The position numbers and the translations under genes were made by a program. Below, piece after piece: positions 8,521-18,360 of a stretch of DNA of 64,000 nucleotides. The DNA comes from an uncultured delta proteobacterium (GTDB lineage: Bacteria; Myxococcota; Kuafuiibacteriia; Kuafuiibacteriales; Kuafuiibacteriaceae). The stretch's first letter is position 1; each line of letters opens with the position of its first letter. The notes below the pieces were generated by a model. That model was not told where the DNA came from, did no database searches, and saw only the letters and a program-made list of their open reading frames with translations. Where the stretch lies: assembly GCA_963803435.1 (NCBI GenBank), contig CAWDML010000004.1:32001-96000 (forward strand), written 5' to 3'.

Positions 8521-9873
8521 ATGAGGGCCAGGCTCGTGGTGGCGATGGCGCTGATCGTGGGGTGCGGAGGTCGCGAGCGCCTGCCGAGCCAGGTGCAGAG
8601 GCGTGACTCCGGGGTCGATCCCACCGATGGTGGCGAGCCCTTTCCAGACGGTGGAGAGGTGAAGGACGACCCGGACTCCGGTGTCCCTCCGCCCGACTCG
8701 GGGACGCCGGACTCGGGCGCCGCGATACCGGACGCGGGCGACGTCTGCACGGACGGGCCGTTCAAGCAGGCCCGGGCCGGGGTCTTCTACGGCACGGATT
8801 TGCCCTCGTACGTGACCCTGACCGCCGGGCAGATCCAGGGGATCGGCTCGTTCGACTTCTGCAGCGGGACCCTCATCGCGCCCACCTGGGTGCTGACCGC
8901 CAAGCACTGCGAGGTCGATTTGAGCTCGCCCTTCTGCGTCGGGACCACGCCGAGCAATCCGAACGTCTGCATCAACCCGCTGCGCGTGATCGATCATCCG
9001 AGCGGAGATCTCACCCTGGTCGAGCTGGTGCAGCCGGCCGCCGACCGCCTGGCCACGGTCGAGACGATCCCGGTGCTCACGGAGACGATCGACCTCAGTT
9101 GGGTCGGCCGCATGGCGGAGGCTGCGGGCTACGGCCAGGACGAGAACGGCAACTTCGGCCGGCGTGAGTTCACGGCCGAGCCCATCGCCGACGTCTTCGC
9201 CGACGAGCTCACGATCGATGGCCAGGGGACCCACGGCGTGTGCTTCGGCGATTCGGGTGGACCGGTCATGGTGGTGGCCTCCGACGGCTCGGTGCGCGTG
9301 GGCGGCGCGCTCAGCGACGGCGACGAGTCGTGCGTCGGGATGGACAACTTCACCCGCGTCGACCCGTATCTTCAGTGGATCGAGAGCTATGTCGGCACGG
9401 TCGGGCCTCAGCCGTGCGGCAGCGTCACCTCCGAGGGGCTCTGCTCGCCCGACCGCGGCCGGGCCACCTGGTGCGACGCGAATGGTCAGCTCGCCTCCGC
9501 CGCCTGCGGGCCCTCCGACGTCTGCGGCTGGAGCCAGACCGAGCTGGGGTGGCGCTGCATCGATCCGGCGAGCGATCCGTGTGGAGGCGTGACCTTCGAC
9601 GGGGAGTGCAGCGGGAACATGCTCCGCTGGTGCGATCACGGCCAGCCGCTCGAGCGGGACTGCGGCGCCTGCGCCGAGACCTGCCTGCCCGGAGCGCAGT
9701 CCGGCTATTACTGCGTGGCCTCGAACTGCGGTGACACGGACTACCTCGGTCGGTGCGACGGCAACGTCGCGGTCTGGTGCAGCCTCGAGGGCGTTCTCCA
9801 GCAGGAGAATTGCAGCGCGAGCAACTCGACGTGCAGGTACATCGACGACGAGACCGGCTACTATTGCGACTAG
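8521..9873 (+). CDS. Trypsin-like (S1) serine protease lipoprotein with a Cys-rich C-terminus
   Basis: Lipobox IVGC; catalytic triad in LTAKHC, DLTLV and CFGDSGGP; repeated G-C-G...WC modules. Confidence 0.9.
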   Translation: MRARLVVAMALIVGCGGRERLPSQVQRRDSGVDPTDGGEPFPDGGEVKDDPDSGVPPPDSGTPDSGAAIPDAGDVCTDGPFKQARAGVFYGTDLPSYVTLTAGQIQGIGSFDFCSGTLIAPTWVLTAKHCEVDLSSPFCVGTTPSNPNVCINPLRVIDHPSGDLTLVELVQPAADRLATVETIPVLTETIDLSWVGRMAEAAGYGQDENGNFGRREFTAEPIADVFADELTIDGQGTHGVCFGDSGGPVMVVASDGSVRVGGALSDGDESCVGMDNFTRVDPYLQWIESYVGTVGPQPCGSVTSEGLCSPDRGRATWCDANGQLASAACGPSDVCGWSQTELGWRCIDPASDPCGGVTFDGECSGNMLRWCDHGQPLERDCGACAETCLPGAQSGYYCVASNCGDTDYLGRCDGNVAVWCSLEGVLQQENCSASNSTCRYIDDETGYYCD

Positions 9874-9875
9874 CC

Positions 9876-11750
9876 GTGACCAAAGAAGACATCGCCCTCA
9901 AGGAGCTCCTCCGCACGCAGTTTCCCACGGCCGAGCACGCCGCCGCCGAGATCGCCCGTCTCTCGGCAGAGCTAGAGCTGCCGAAGCACACCGTGCACGT
10001 GGTCAGCGACGTACACGGCGAGGACGTGAAGCTCAGGCACATCATCAACAATGCGTCGGGGCGGCTGCGTCCGGTGGTGGAGTCCCTGTTCGCCGAGCGG
10101 CGGTCCCCGTCGGAGATCCAGGATCTCCTCAAGCTGGTGTTCTATCCTCAGGAGACGCTCGAGCGCTTCGAGTGGTCGCCGGACGAGCCGCGCGTGCAGC
10201 GGACCTTGCTCGATCTCCTGGAGCTGATGCGAGAGCTGGCCAGGAGCAAGACCTTCGCGCGGATCCGGGCCACCTTTCCGCCCGAGCACGCACCGCTCCT
10301 GGAGGAGCTCCTGTTCGACCGCATGTGCGGCCGCGGCGAGGGCGCGATCGAGGCGGTGCTGGCGACGCTGGGCTCGAGGGTCCGCTTCGTGCGGTTCGTC
10401 CGGGTGCTGGTGCGTGCGGTGCGGAACGTCGCGGTCGACGAGATCGTCGTGGCCGGCGACTGCTACGATCGCGGCCCCCGCGCCGATCGAGTCCTCGACT
10501 ACCTGATGCACCAACCCGAGGTGCGCTTCACGTGGGGCAACCACGACGTCGCCTGGATCGGCGCAGCGCTCGGGCACGACGCGCTGGTGGCGCACGTGCT
10601 GCGCATCTCGCTCAGGTATCGCCGACTGTCCCAGCTCGAGGAGGGATACGGCATCACGATGCAGCCGCTCGAGAAGCTGGCGCGGGACGTCTACGGCGAC
10701 GATCCCGCCTCCAGCTTCGTCGTGCGGGGATCGGGCCTGCGGGACGAGCTGCAGGTGGCGCGGATGCAGAAGGCGGCCGCGGTGCTCCAGTTCAAGCTCG
10801 AGGGGCAGCTCATCGAGCGCAACCCATCGTTCGAGCTCGACCATCGGAGGTTGTTGCATCGGATGAACCTGGAGGCCGGCACGATCGAGATCGACGGCGT
10901 CGAGCGACATCTTCGCGACACCGTGTTCCCCACGATCGATCGCGCCGACCCCTACCGCCTCTCCCCCGAGGAGCGCGCCTGTCTCGAGCGCACGCGGCAG
11001 TCCTTTCTCACCAGCGACAAGCTCTGGCAGCAGGTGCGGTTCTTGACGGGGCGAGGGGCCATGGCGCTGGTGCGCGACGACCACCTGATCTTCCACGGAT
11101 GCCTGCCGGTCGACGGCGAGGGACGCTTCCTGGCGCTGGAGGTGGGCGGCCAGTCCTACGCCGGGCGGGCGCTCTTCCAGGCGCTCGAAGAGGCGGTCCA
11201 GCGCGCGGTGGAGAGCCCTGAGGTCCCGGATTTGGACCTCCTCTGGTACCTCTGGTGCGGGCCTCGCTCCCCGCTGTTCGGCAAGGACCGGATCACGACG
11301 TTCGAGCGCGATTTGGTGGTGGAGGAGGAGACGTACGTCGAGACCAAGAACCCGTACTTCAAGTTGATCCACGAGGCCGACTTCTGCGCGCGGGTCCTGA
11401 CCGAGCTCGGCGCAGATCCGGACCGGGGGCTGATCGTGAACGGGCATGTGCCGGTCAAGGTGGAGAAGGGCGAGGACCCGTTGAAGCGGAGCAAGAAGGC
11501 GATCACCATCGACGGCGCCTTCTCGGAGGCGTACGGCGATCGCGGCTACACCCTGGTGCTGGAGCCCGAGCACACGTTCCTCGCCGAGCATCACCATTTC
11601 GAGTCGGTCGCCGCCGCGGTCGAGCAAGGGATCGACATCATTCCCCGAACGACCGAGATCAAGCGGTGGGACCCGCCCAGGCGTGTCCAGGACACGGAAC
11701 GCGGTCAGGTGATCCGGGCGCGCATCGCGCTCCTCTCGCGCCTCCTCTGA
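9876..11750 (+). CDS. fbp: Fructose-1,6-bisphosphatase class III (metallophosphoesterase fold)
   Basis: Motifs LPK-T-HVVSDVHGE, NASG, GDCYDRGP, WGNHD, FHGC, WYLWCG-SPLFGK, NGHVPVK and IDGAFSEAY. Confidence 0.88.
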   Translation: MTKEDIALKELLRTQFPTAEHAAAEIARLSAELELPKHTVHVVSDVHGEDVKLRHIINNASGRLRPVVESLFAERRSPSEIQDLLKLVFYPQETLERFEWSPDEPRVQRTLLDLLELMRELARSKTFARIRATFPPEHAPLLEELLFDRMCGRGEGAIEAVLATLGSRVRFVRFVRVLVRAVRNVAVDEIVVAGDCYDRGPRADRVLDYLMHQPEVRFTWGNHDVAWIGAALGHDALVAHVLRISLRYRRLSQLEEGYGITMQPLEKLARDVYGDDPASSFVVRGSGLRDELQVARMQKAAAVLQFKLEGQLIERNPSFELDHRRLLHRMNLEAGTIEIDGVERHLRDTVFPTIDRADPYRLSPEERACLERTRQSFLTSDKLWQQVRFLTGRGAMALVRDDHLIFHGCLPVDGEGRFLALEVGGQSYAGRALFQALEEAVQRAVESPEVPDLDLLWYLWCGPRSPLFGKDRITTFERDLVVEEETYVETKNPYFKLIHEADFCARVLTELGADPDRGLIVNGHVPVKVEKGEDPLKRSKKAITIDGAFSEAYGDRGYTLVLEPEHTFLAEHHHFESVAAAVEQGIDIIPRTTEIKRWDPPRRVQDTERGQVIRARIALLSRLL

Positions 11751-11801
11751 TCCGAGCGGTTGATCTGTCCCGGAGGTTTTGTCCATGATGGGGGCGCCCG
11801 C

Positions 11802-12164
11802 ATGCGGTTCGTGAGCCATCTGCTCCTCACGCTCGCCGTTTTCCTCGGCGCGGGACCGGTGCAGGTGGCGCGGCCGATCTGCAAGATGGCCGGTCCCTGG
11901 TCCCGGTGCTGCTGCGGGGAGCGTCACGGGGAGACGCCGGTGTGCCGGCTCGATCCGGCCCGCTCCGATTGCTGCAGCCAGCAGACCGTCGAGCGCACGG
12001 CGACCCCCGACGGGACGCAGCGCCCCGATGCACCTGCGCTGGTGGTGCTCGCCTCGAAAGTCTCCCGCCCGGTGGCTCCGCTTCGATCGCTCGCCGCAGG
12101 CGCCGAGCCGTCGTTCCGCGGCGGGCCGCCCTTGTTCCTCCTCAAAGCTGTGCTCTTGATCTGA
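11802..12164 (+). CDS. Small Cys-rich exported protein leading the metal-efflux operon
   Basis: Hydrophobic N-terminus, CCC and CC clusters, and a C-terminal GPPLFLL...LLI tail like the DUF2946-type proteins found before metal systems. Confidence 0.6.
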   Translation: MRFVSHLLLTLAVFLGAGPVQVARPICKMAGPWSRCCCGERHGETPVCRLDPARSDCCSQQTVERTATPDGTQRPDAPALVVLASKVSRPVAPLRSLAAGAEPSFRGGPPLFLLKAVLLI

Positions 12165-12213
12165 GTGCGCCTCGGCTCGCCGCCCGCATCGGTCCGGGTC
12201 CGAGGAGGAGACG

Positions 12214-13533
12214 ATGTTTCAACCCGAAGTGTGGCCGCACCTGGCCACCTGTCTATTGGTCGTCGCCGGCTGCGCGTCGGCGACCGAGCAGAATCGCGAG
12301 CGCCTGGTCTCGGCGTACGCCGGGCTCGAGGCCCCGCCCGAGCAGGCCGCTCCGCTCTCGGCGCCCCTCCAGCGCGAGGCGCTGATCCGGGCGGTCCTGT
12401 CGGTGAACCCGAGCGTGGCGGCCGCCGAGGAGGGCTTTCGCGCCGCCCTCGCGCGCTACCCGCAAGAGACGGCGCTCGACGATCCGATGCTGACATACAG
12501 CCTGGGACCGATCAGCCTCTTCGAGGGCCGCTTCGGCCAGACGCTCGAGCTGTCTCAGCGCTTCCCTTTCTTCGGCAAGCTCGAGCTTCGCGGCCAGGTG
12601 GCCAACGCCGGCGCCGAGGCGGCCAAGGAGGACATCCGGACGGTGCGGCTCGAGCTAGGGCTGACGGCCTCGCTCCTCTACGACGACTTCTTCGTCATCG
12701 ACCGCGCCCTCGAGATCAACGCGTCTCATCAAGCGCTGATCCGGGAGCTTGCGGAGGCCGCCACCTCGCAGTACGTCGCGGGCGCCGCCTCGCAGCAGGA
12801 TCCGCTGCAGGCGGAGGTCGAGCTCACCCACCTCGAGCATGAGAACGTGGTGCTCGACATGCGCCGTGCTGTCGTGGTCGCGCGGCTCAACGCGCTGCTC
12901 CATCGCGCGCCCGAGCTCTCGATCCCGGCGCCTCCGGACCAGATGACGATCCCGACCGAGAGCAGCACGGTGAGCCCCTCGCGCGCGCTGGAGCGCCGGC
13001 CCGAGCTGGCGGCCCAGCGTGCCCGCGTGGAGGAGAAGAAAGCGGGCGTGGCGCTCGCGAAGCGCGAATACTTCCCCGACTTCTCGGTGATGACGGGCTA
13101 CAACTCGATGTGGGGCGCGACCCCGCATCGATGGATGGTGGGCGTCGGGCTCAACGTTCCGATCCAACTCGGACGTCGTGCCGCCGCCGTCGAGCAGGCT
13201 GAGGCCGAGCTGGCGCGGGAGGGGCGGACGCTCGATCGGTTGACCGATGACACGCTCGTGTCGATCCGCGAGGCGGGCCTGTTGGTGGAGAAGGCGCGTC
13301 ACGTCGTTCACCTCTACGCGACGCGCTTGCTGCCGGCCGCCCGGGATCAGGTGGAGGCCGCGCGGGCCGGGTTCGTCGCGGGCGCCAACAGCTTCTCGGC
13401 GCTGATCGACGCTGAGAAGAACCTGCGGTCGGTCGAGCTCGAGCGAGAGCGCGCCAACGCCGAGCTCTGCCAGAGCCTCGCGCTGCTCGCACGCGCCTCA
13501 GGGCGCATTCCGTGGCTCGGTGAGGAGGACTGA
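12214..13533 (+). CDS. TolC-family outer-membrane efflux lipoprotein (CusC/CzcC-like)
   Basis: Lipobox VAGC; motifs SQRFPFFGKL.LRG, RRPEL and YFPDF; SD GAGGAG. Confidence 0.9.
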   Translation: MFQPEVWPHLATCLLVVAGCASATEQNRERLVSAYAGLEAPPEQAAPLSAPLQREALIRAVLSVNPSVAAAEEGFRAALARYPQETALDDPMLTYSLGPISLFEGRFGQTLELSQRFPFFGKLELRGQVANAGAEAAKEDIRTVRLELGLTASLLYDDFFVIDRALEINASHQALIRELAEAATSQYVAGAASQQDPLQAEVELTHLEHENVVLDMRRAVVVARLNALLHRAPELSIPAPPDQMTIPTESSTVSPSRALERRPELAAQRARVEEKKAGVALAKREYFPDFSVMTGYNSMWGATPHRWMVGVGLNVPIQLGRRAAAVEQAEAELAREGRTLDRLTDDTLVSIREAGLLVEKARHVVHLYATRLLPAARDQVEAARAGFVAGANSFSALIDAEKNLRSVELERERANAELCQSLALLARASGRIPWLGEED

Positions 13534-13536
13534 GAG

Positions 13537-15219
13537 ATGCGGCTCACCGACAAGAAAAACCTCGCGCCTTTGCTGGTGGGGCTGATCGGCCTGGCTGCGG
13601 CCGCGGCGTTCCATCGAGCGCTGATCGACTGGTTCACGTTCCCGGCGGCGCCGCCTGCCGAGGAGCCTCCGCATCAGGAGAGCACGGTCCCCGATCCAGC
13701 GCTCGTTCCGATCCGGGCGGCGCTGTTCGCTTACGAGACGGTGCGCGACTCACTGGCGCGTGACTCCCTCGTCGGCGTGGACAATGCCGCCACCGCAGTC
13801 GCGCACCACCTGTCCCAGGCCGAGGCCGCGGTGGGATCGGCGGAGGAGCTCTCCGGGCGGCTCCATCGGGCCGGTGCCGCCGCGAGCGCGCTGGCGGCGG
13901 CGAAAGAGCTGGCGGAGGCGCGGGCCCGCTTCTCCGAGCTCAATCGGGAGCTGGTGGTCCTGATCGCGTCCGACCACCGATTGCAGGGCAACCTGCAACT
14001 CTACGAGTGCTCGATGTTCGGCGGCTTCGCCAAGTGGTTCCAGAGCAGCCGCGACATCGAGAACCCGTACATGGGGCGGGCGATGACGGCCTGCGGCGAG
14101 GCCAGCGCCTGGGAGGGCGGCTCGGACATCGCCTATTACACCTGCGCGATGCACACGTCGGTGCGGAAGAAGGATCCGGGGAGCTGTCCGATCTGCGGGA
14201 TGAAGCTGACGCCGGTGACGCGCGAGGAGAGCGAGGAGGGCGTGATCTTCATCGACGAGGCCCGGCGCCAGTCGATCGGCGTTCGGACCGGGGCCGTGTT
14301 CCGCGGGCCCATGACGCTCGGTGTGCGCGCCTTCGGAAAGGTCGCCTACGACGAGCGCAAGCTCACCGACGTGACCATCAAGGTGAAGGGCTGGATCGCG
14401 AAGCTCTACGTGGAGGAGACGGGGAAGAGGGTGAAGCGGGGCGATCCGCTGTTCGCGCTCTACAGCCCGGAGCTCTACGCGGCGCAGGCGGAGTATCTGC
14501 AGGCGCTCCAGGGCGTGAGGTCGGGCAGCAGTCGGCTCGCGTCGCTGGCCGAGGCGGCGAAGCTGAAGCTGAAGCTCTGGGATCTCTCCGATGCGCAGAT
14601 CGCCCGAATCGCCGCGCAGGGAAAGCCGGTCGAGCACGTCACCTTCTTCGCGCCAAGCAGCGGATACGTGGTGGAGAAGAGCGTGGTCGAGGGCGCGGCC
14701 ATCGAGCCGGGGCAGCGGATCTTCCGCATCGCGGACCTGTCGGAGATCTGGATCGAGGCCGAGGTCTACGAGAAGGATCTCGAGCGCATCACGGTCGGTC
14801 AGCCGGTCAACGCAGAGCTGGTGTTCGTGCCCGACCAGAAGCTCGAGGGGAAGGTCGACTACGTGTACCCGACGCTCGACCCGGCCACGCGGACCGGCCG
14901 CGTGCGGGTGGTGATGGCGAACGCCGGCCTGGCGCTGAAGCCCGGGATGTACGCGAACCTCACGTTCGAGGCGGACCTGGGCGAGCGCCTCCAGGTCCCG
15001 GCCGAGGCCGTGATCTACACCGGGCCGCGCCGGATCGTGTTCCTGGATCTGGGCGGAGGCCGGCTCCGTCCCGCGGCGATCGAGGTGGGCGCGCGCTCGC
15101 AGGAGACGTACGAGGTGATCTCGGGGCTCTCGGAGGGCCAGCAGGTGGTCACCTCGGGCAACTTCCTGGTGGCGGCGGAGAGTCGGCTCCGCTCGGGAGG
15201 CGGTCATGGAGCCCGGTGA
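13537..15219 (+). CDS. cusB: RND periplasmic adaptor (CusB-like) with DUF3347-like and heavy-metal-binding domains
   Basis: CSM...W......NPYMG..M..CG; YTCAMH...PGSCPICGMKL; GWI-KLYV; YSPEL; LKPGMY; VVTSGNFL. Confidence 0.88.
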   Translation: MRLTDKKNLAPLLVGLIGLAAAAAFHRALIDWFTFPAAPPAEEPPHQESTVPDPALVPIRAALFAYETVRDSLARDSLVGVDNAATAVAHHLSQAEAAVGSAEELSGRLHRAGAAASALAAAKELAEARARFSELNRELVVLIASDHRLQGNLQLYECSMFGGFAKWFQSSRDIENPYMGRAMTACGEASAWEGGSDIAYYTCAMHTSVRKKDPGSCPICGMKLTPVTREESEEGVIFIDEARRQSIGVRTGAVFRGPMTLGVRAFGKVAYDERKLTDVTIKVKGWIAKLYVEETGKRVKRGDPLFALYSPELYAAQAEYLQALQGVRSGSSRLASLAEAAKLKLKLWDLSDAQIARIAAQGKPVEHVTFFAPSSGYVVEKSVVEGAAIEPGQRIFRIADLSEIWIEAEVYEKDLERITVGQPVNAELVFVPDQKLEGKVDYVYPTLDPATRTGRVRVVMANAGLALKPGMYANLTFEADLGERLQVPAEAVIYTGPRRIVFLDLGGGRLRPAAIEVGARSQETYEVISGLSEGQQVVTSGNFLVAAESRLRSGGGHGAR

Positions 15220-18200
15220 CGCCGGCCGCACGGGTCTCATCGGGCGCGTGATCGCGACATCCGCGCGGAGCCCGTTCGTCACCATCTGCTTCGTCGCCGC
15301 GCTGGCGGTGTTCGGATTCTTCGCGCTGAGGAAGACGGCGCTCGACGCCATCCCGGACCTCTCGGACGTCCAGGTCATCGTCTTCACCGAGTGGTCGGGC
15401 CGCAGCCCCGATCTGGTGGAGGATCAGATCACCTATCCGATCTCGACGTCGCTGCTGGCAGCGCCGAAGGTGAAGTTCGTCCGCGGGCAGTCGTTTTTCG
15501 GCCTCTCGTTCGTCTACGTGATCTTCGAGGACGGCACCGACATGTACTGGGCGCGCAGCCGCGTCCTCGAGTACCTCAATACGGCGCAGGGTCGGCTGCC
15601 CGCCGGCGTTCGTCCCACGATCGGACCCGACGCGACCGGCGTCGGTTGGGTGTTCGAGTACGCGCTCGTCGACAAGAGCGGGAAGCGCGACCTCGCGCAG
15701 CTGCGCTCCCTCCAGGACTGGAACATCCGCTACGCGCTGGAGAGTGTCGAGGGGGTCGCCGAGGTCGCGTCGATCGGCGGGTTCGTGAAGCAGTACCAGG
15801 TGCAGGTCGATCCCAACCGGCTGCGCGCCTACCGCGTCTCGATGCGGGAGGTCATCACCGCCATCCGCGCCTCGAACGACGACGTCGGCGGGCGGTTGCT
15901 GGAGATCGGTGGCCACGAGCACATGATCCGGGGCCGCGGCTATATCACGGGCACCGCGGACATCGAGAAGATCCCGATCAAAGTGGGCGAGGACGGCGTG
16001 CCGGTCTTCGTCGAGCAGGTGGCCACGGTGAGCATCGGCCCGGACATCCGCCGCGGCGTGGCGGAGCTCGACGGGGAGGGCGAGGTGGTGGGCGGCATCG
16101 TGGTGATGCGCTACGGGGAGAACGCGCTGAGCGTGATCGAGCGCGTCAAGCAGCGGATCTCGGAGCTCGAGCTGCCCAGACGGGGTCGAGCTCGTGCCGG
16201 TACTACGATCGCTCCGAGCTGATCGAAGGATCGATCCGCACGCTTCGCTCGACGCTTGCTCGAGGAGATGGTGGTCGTCAGCCTGGTCATCTTCCTCTTC
16301 CTCCTGCACGTGCGCAGCGCGCTGGTCCCGATCATCACGCTGCCGCTCGGTGTCCTGCTCGCGTTCATCCCGATGTACTACCAGGGGCTGACCGCGAACA
16401 TCATGTCGCTGGGCGGGATCGCGGTGGCGATCGGCGCGATGGTGGACGCGTCGATCATCATCATCGAGAACATCCACAAGAAGCTCCAGCACTGGGAAGA
16501 GGAGGGCCGCCCCGGCAAGCGCAGCGACGCGGTGGTGGCGGCGATGCAGGAGGTCGGACCGTCGATCTTCTTCTCGCTCCTCGTCATCACCGTCTCCTTC
16601 ATGCCGGTGTTCACGCTCCAGGCGACGGAGGGCCGGCTCTTCAAGCCGCTCGCCTTCACCAAGACCTACTCGATGGGCTTCGCCGCGATCCTGGCGGTAA
16701 CGCTGACGCCGGCGCTGGCGGTGCTCCTCATCCGGGGCCGGATCCAGAAGGAGGAGCAGAACCCGCTCAACCGTTGGCTGATCGCGCTCTACACACCGGT
16801 GGTCCGGGCGGTCGTGGATCATCGAAAGCTGGTGCTGGTGGTGGCGTGCCTCCTGATGGTGCTCACCGTGCCGGCCTACCTTCGGCTCCAGAGCGAGTTC
16901 ATGCCGCCGCTCAACGAGGGCGCGATCCTCTACATGCCCACGGCCCCGCCGGGCATGAGCGTCACCGAGGCCGAGAAGGTGCTCGGAGAGATGGACCGGG
17001 AGCTGAAGACTTTCCCCGAGGTGAAGAGCGTCTTCGGCAAGATGGGCCGCGCGCGCACGCCGACGGATCCGGCGCCGCTCTCGATGGCGGAGACCACGGT
17101 GGTGCTGAAGCCGCGCGAGGCCGTGGCGCCCGGGGATGACCTGGGAGCGCTTGATCCGCGAGATCGACGCCAAGATCCGCATCCCGGGGATGCCGAACGT
17201 GTTCTGGATGCCGATGCAGACGCGCACCGAGATGCTGGCGACCGGCGTGCGGAGCCCGCTCGGCATCCAGGTGTTCGGCGACTCCCTCGAGGAGATCGAG
17301 CAGACGGGCGTCGCCATCGAGAAGGCGGTGGAGAGCGTGCCGGGGACGCGGAGCGCCTTCGCCGAGCGATCGACGGGCGGCTTCTTCATCGACTTTCTCC
17401 TCAAGCGCGAGGCCGCGGCCCGATACGGACTGACCGCCGGGGACATCAACGAGGTGATCATGTCCGCGATCGGGGGCATGAACATCACGGAGACCGTCGA
17501 GGGTCGCGAGCGCTACCCGATCAACGTCCGCTACGCGCGCGAGTACCGCGACACGCCGGAGCTCCTCGGCGAGGTCCTCATCACCACCCCGACGGGGGCG
17601 CATGGTCCCGCTCCGCCAGGTCGCCGAGATCCGCACGGTGACCGGACCGCCGATGGTCCGCAGCGAAGACGGGCGCTCGTCGGCTTCGTCTTCGTCGACA
17701 CGGATCGGCCCATCGCCGAGTACGTGCGCGACGCCAAGCGCGCCGTCGAGCGAGAGGTGCGGCTCCCCGCAGGCGTCCGGCTCGCGTGGGTGGGTCAGTT
17801 CCAGCTACCTCGAGCGCGCCAAGGATCGGCTCGCATTCATCATCCCGCTGACGCTGCTGCTGGTGTTCGTGCTGCTCTACCTCAACACGCGTTCGCTGGT
17901 GGAGACGGGGATCGTGCTCCTGGCCGTTCCGTTCTCGCTGATCGGCGCGATCTGGATCCTCTACCTGCTCGGCTACCACATGAGCGTCGCGGTCTGGGTG
18001 GGTCTGATCGCGCTGGCGGGGCTCGACGCCGAGACCGGTGTGGTGATGCTCCTGTACCTGACGATCGCGCATCGATCGTGGCAGCGGGCCGGGCGGCTCC
18101 GGACGGCCGAGGATCTCAAGGGGGCGATCGTCGAAGGAGCGGCGCAGCGGATCAGGCCCAAGCTGATGACGGTCCTGACGACGATGGTCGGCCTGGTCCC

Positions 18201-18360
18201 GGTCCTGTGGAGCATCGGCACCGGCGCCGACGTCATGCGGCGGATCGCGGCGCCGATGATCGGCGGGCTGGTGACCTCGTTCTTCCTGGAGCTGACGGTG
18301 TACCCGGCGATCTTCGCGGTCTGGAAGGGCCTCCGTCAGCGGACGTCGACGAGCTCGTAG
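15206..18360 (+). CDS. cusA: CusA/CzcA-family heavy-metal RND permease, with multiple indels (near 16175-16255, 17120, 17600, 17670, 17803)
   Basis: DAIPDLSDVQVIVFTEW, VEDQITYP, YWARSRVLEYL, GPDATGVGWV, AIGAMVDA, EGRLFKPLAFTKT and RIRPKLMT, spread across frames. Confidence 0.9.

Noticed and set aside
15206-18360. Frameshifts in cusA (also the hcrA-like and sigma genes) as programmed recoding or true pseudogenes
   Set aside because: These are scattered single-base indels, some compensating, with no slippery motifs or nonsense codons and otherwise conserved proteins. Long-read consensus error is most likely; read polishing would settle it.
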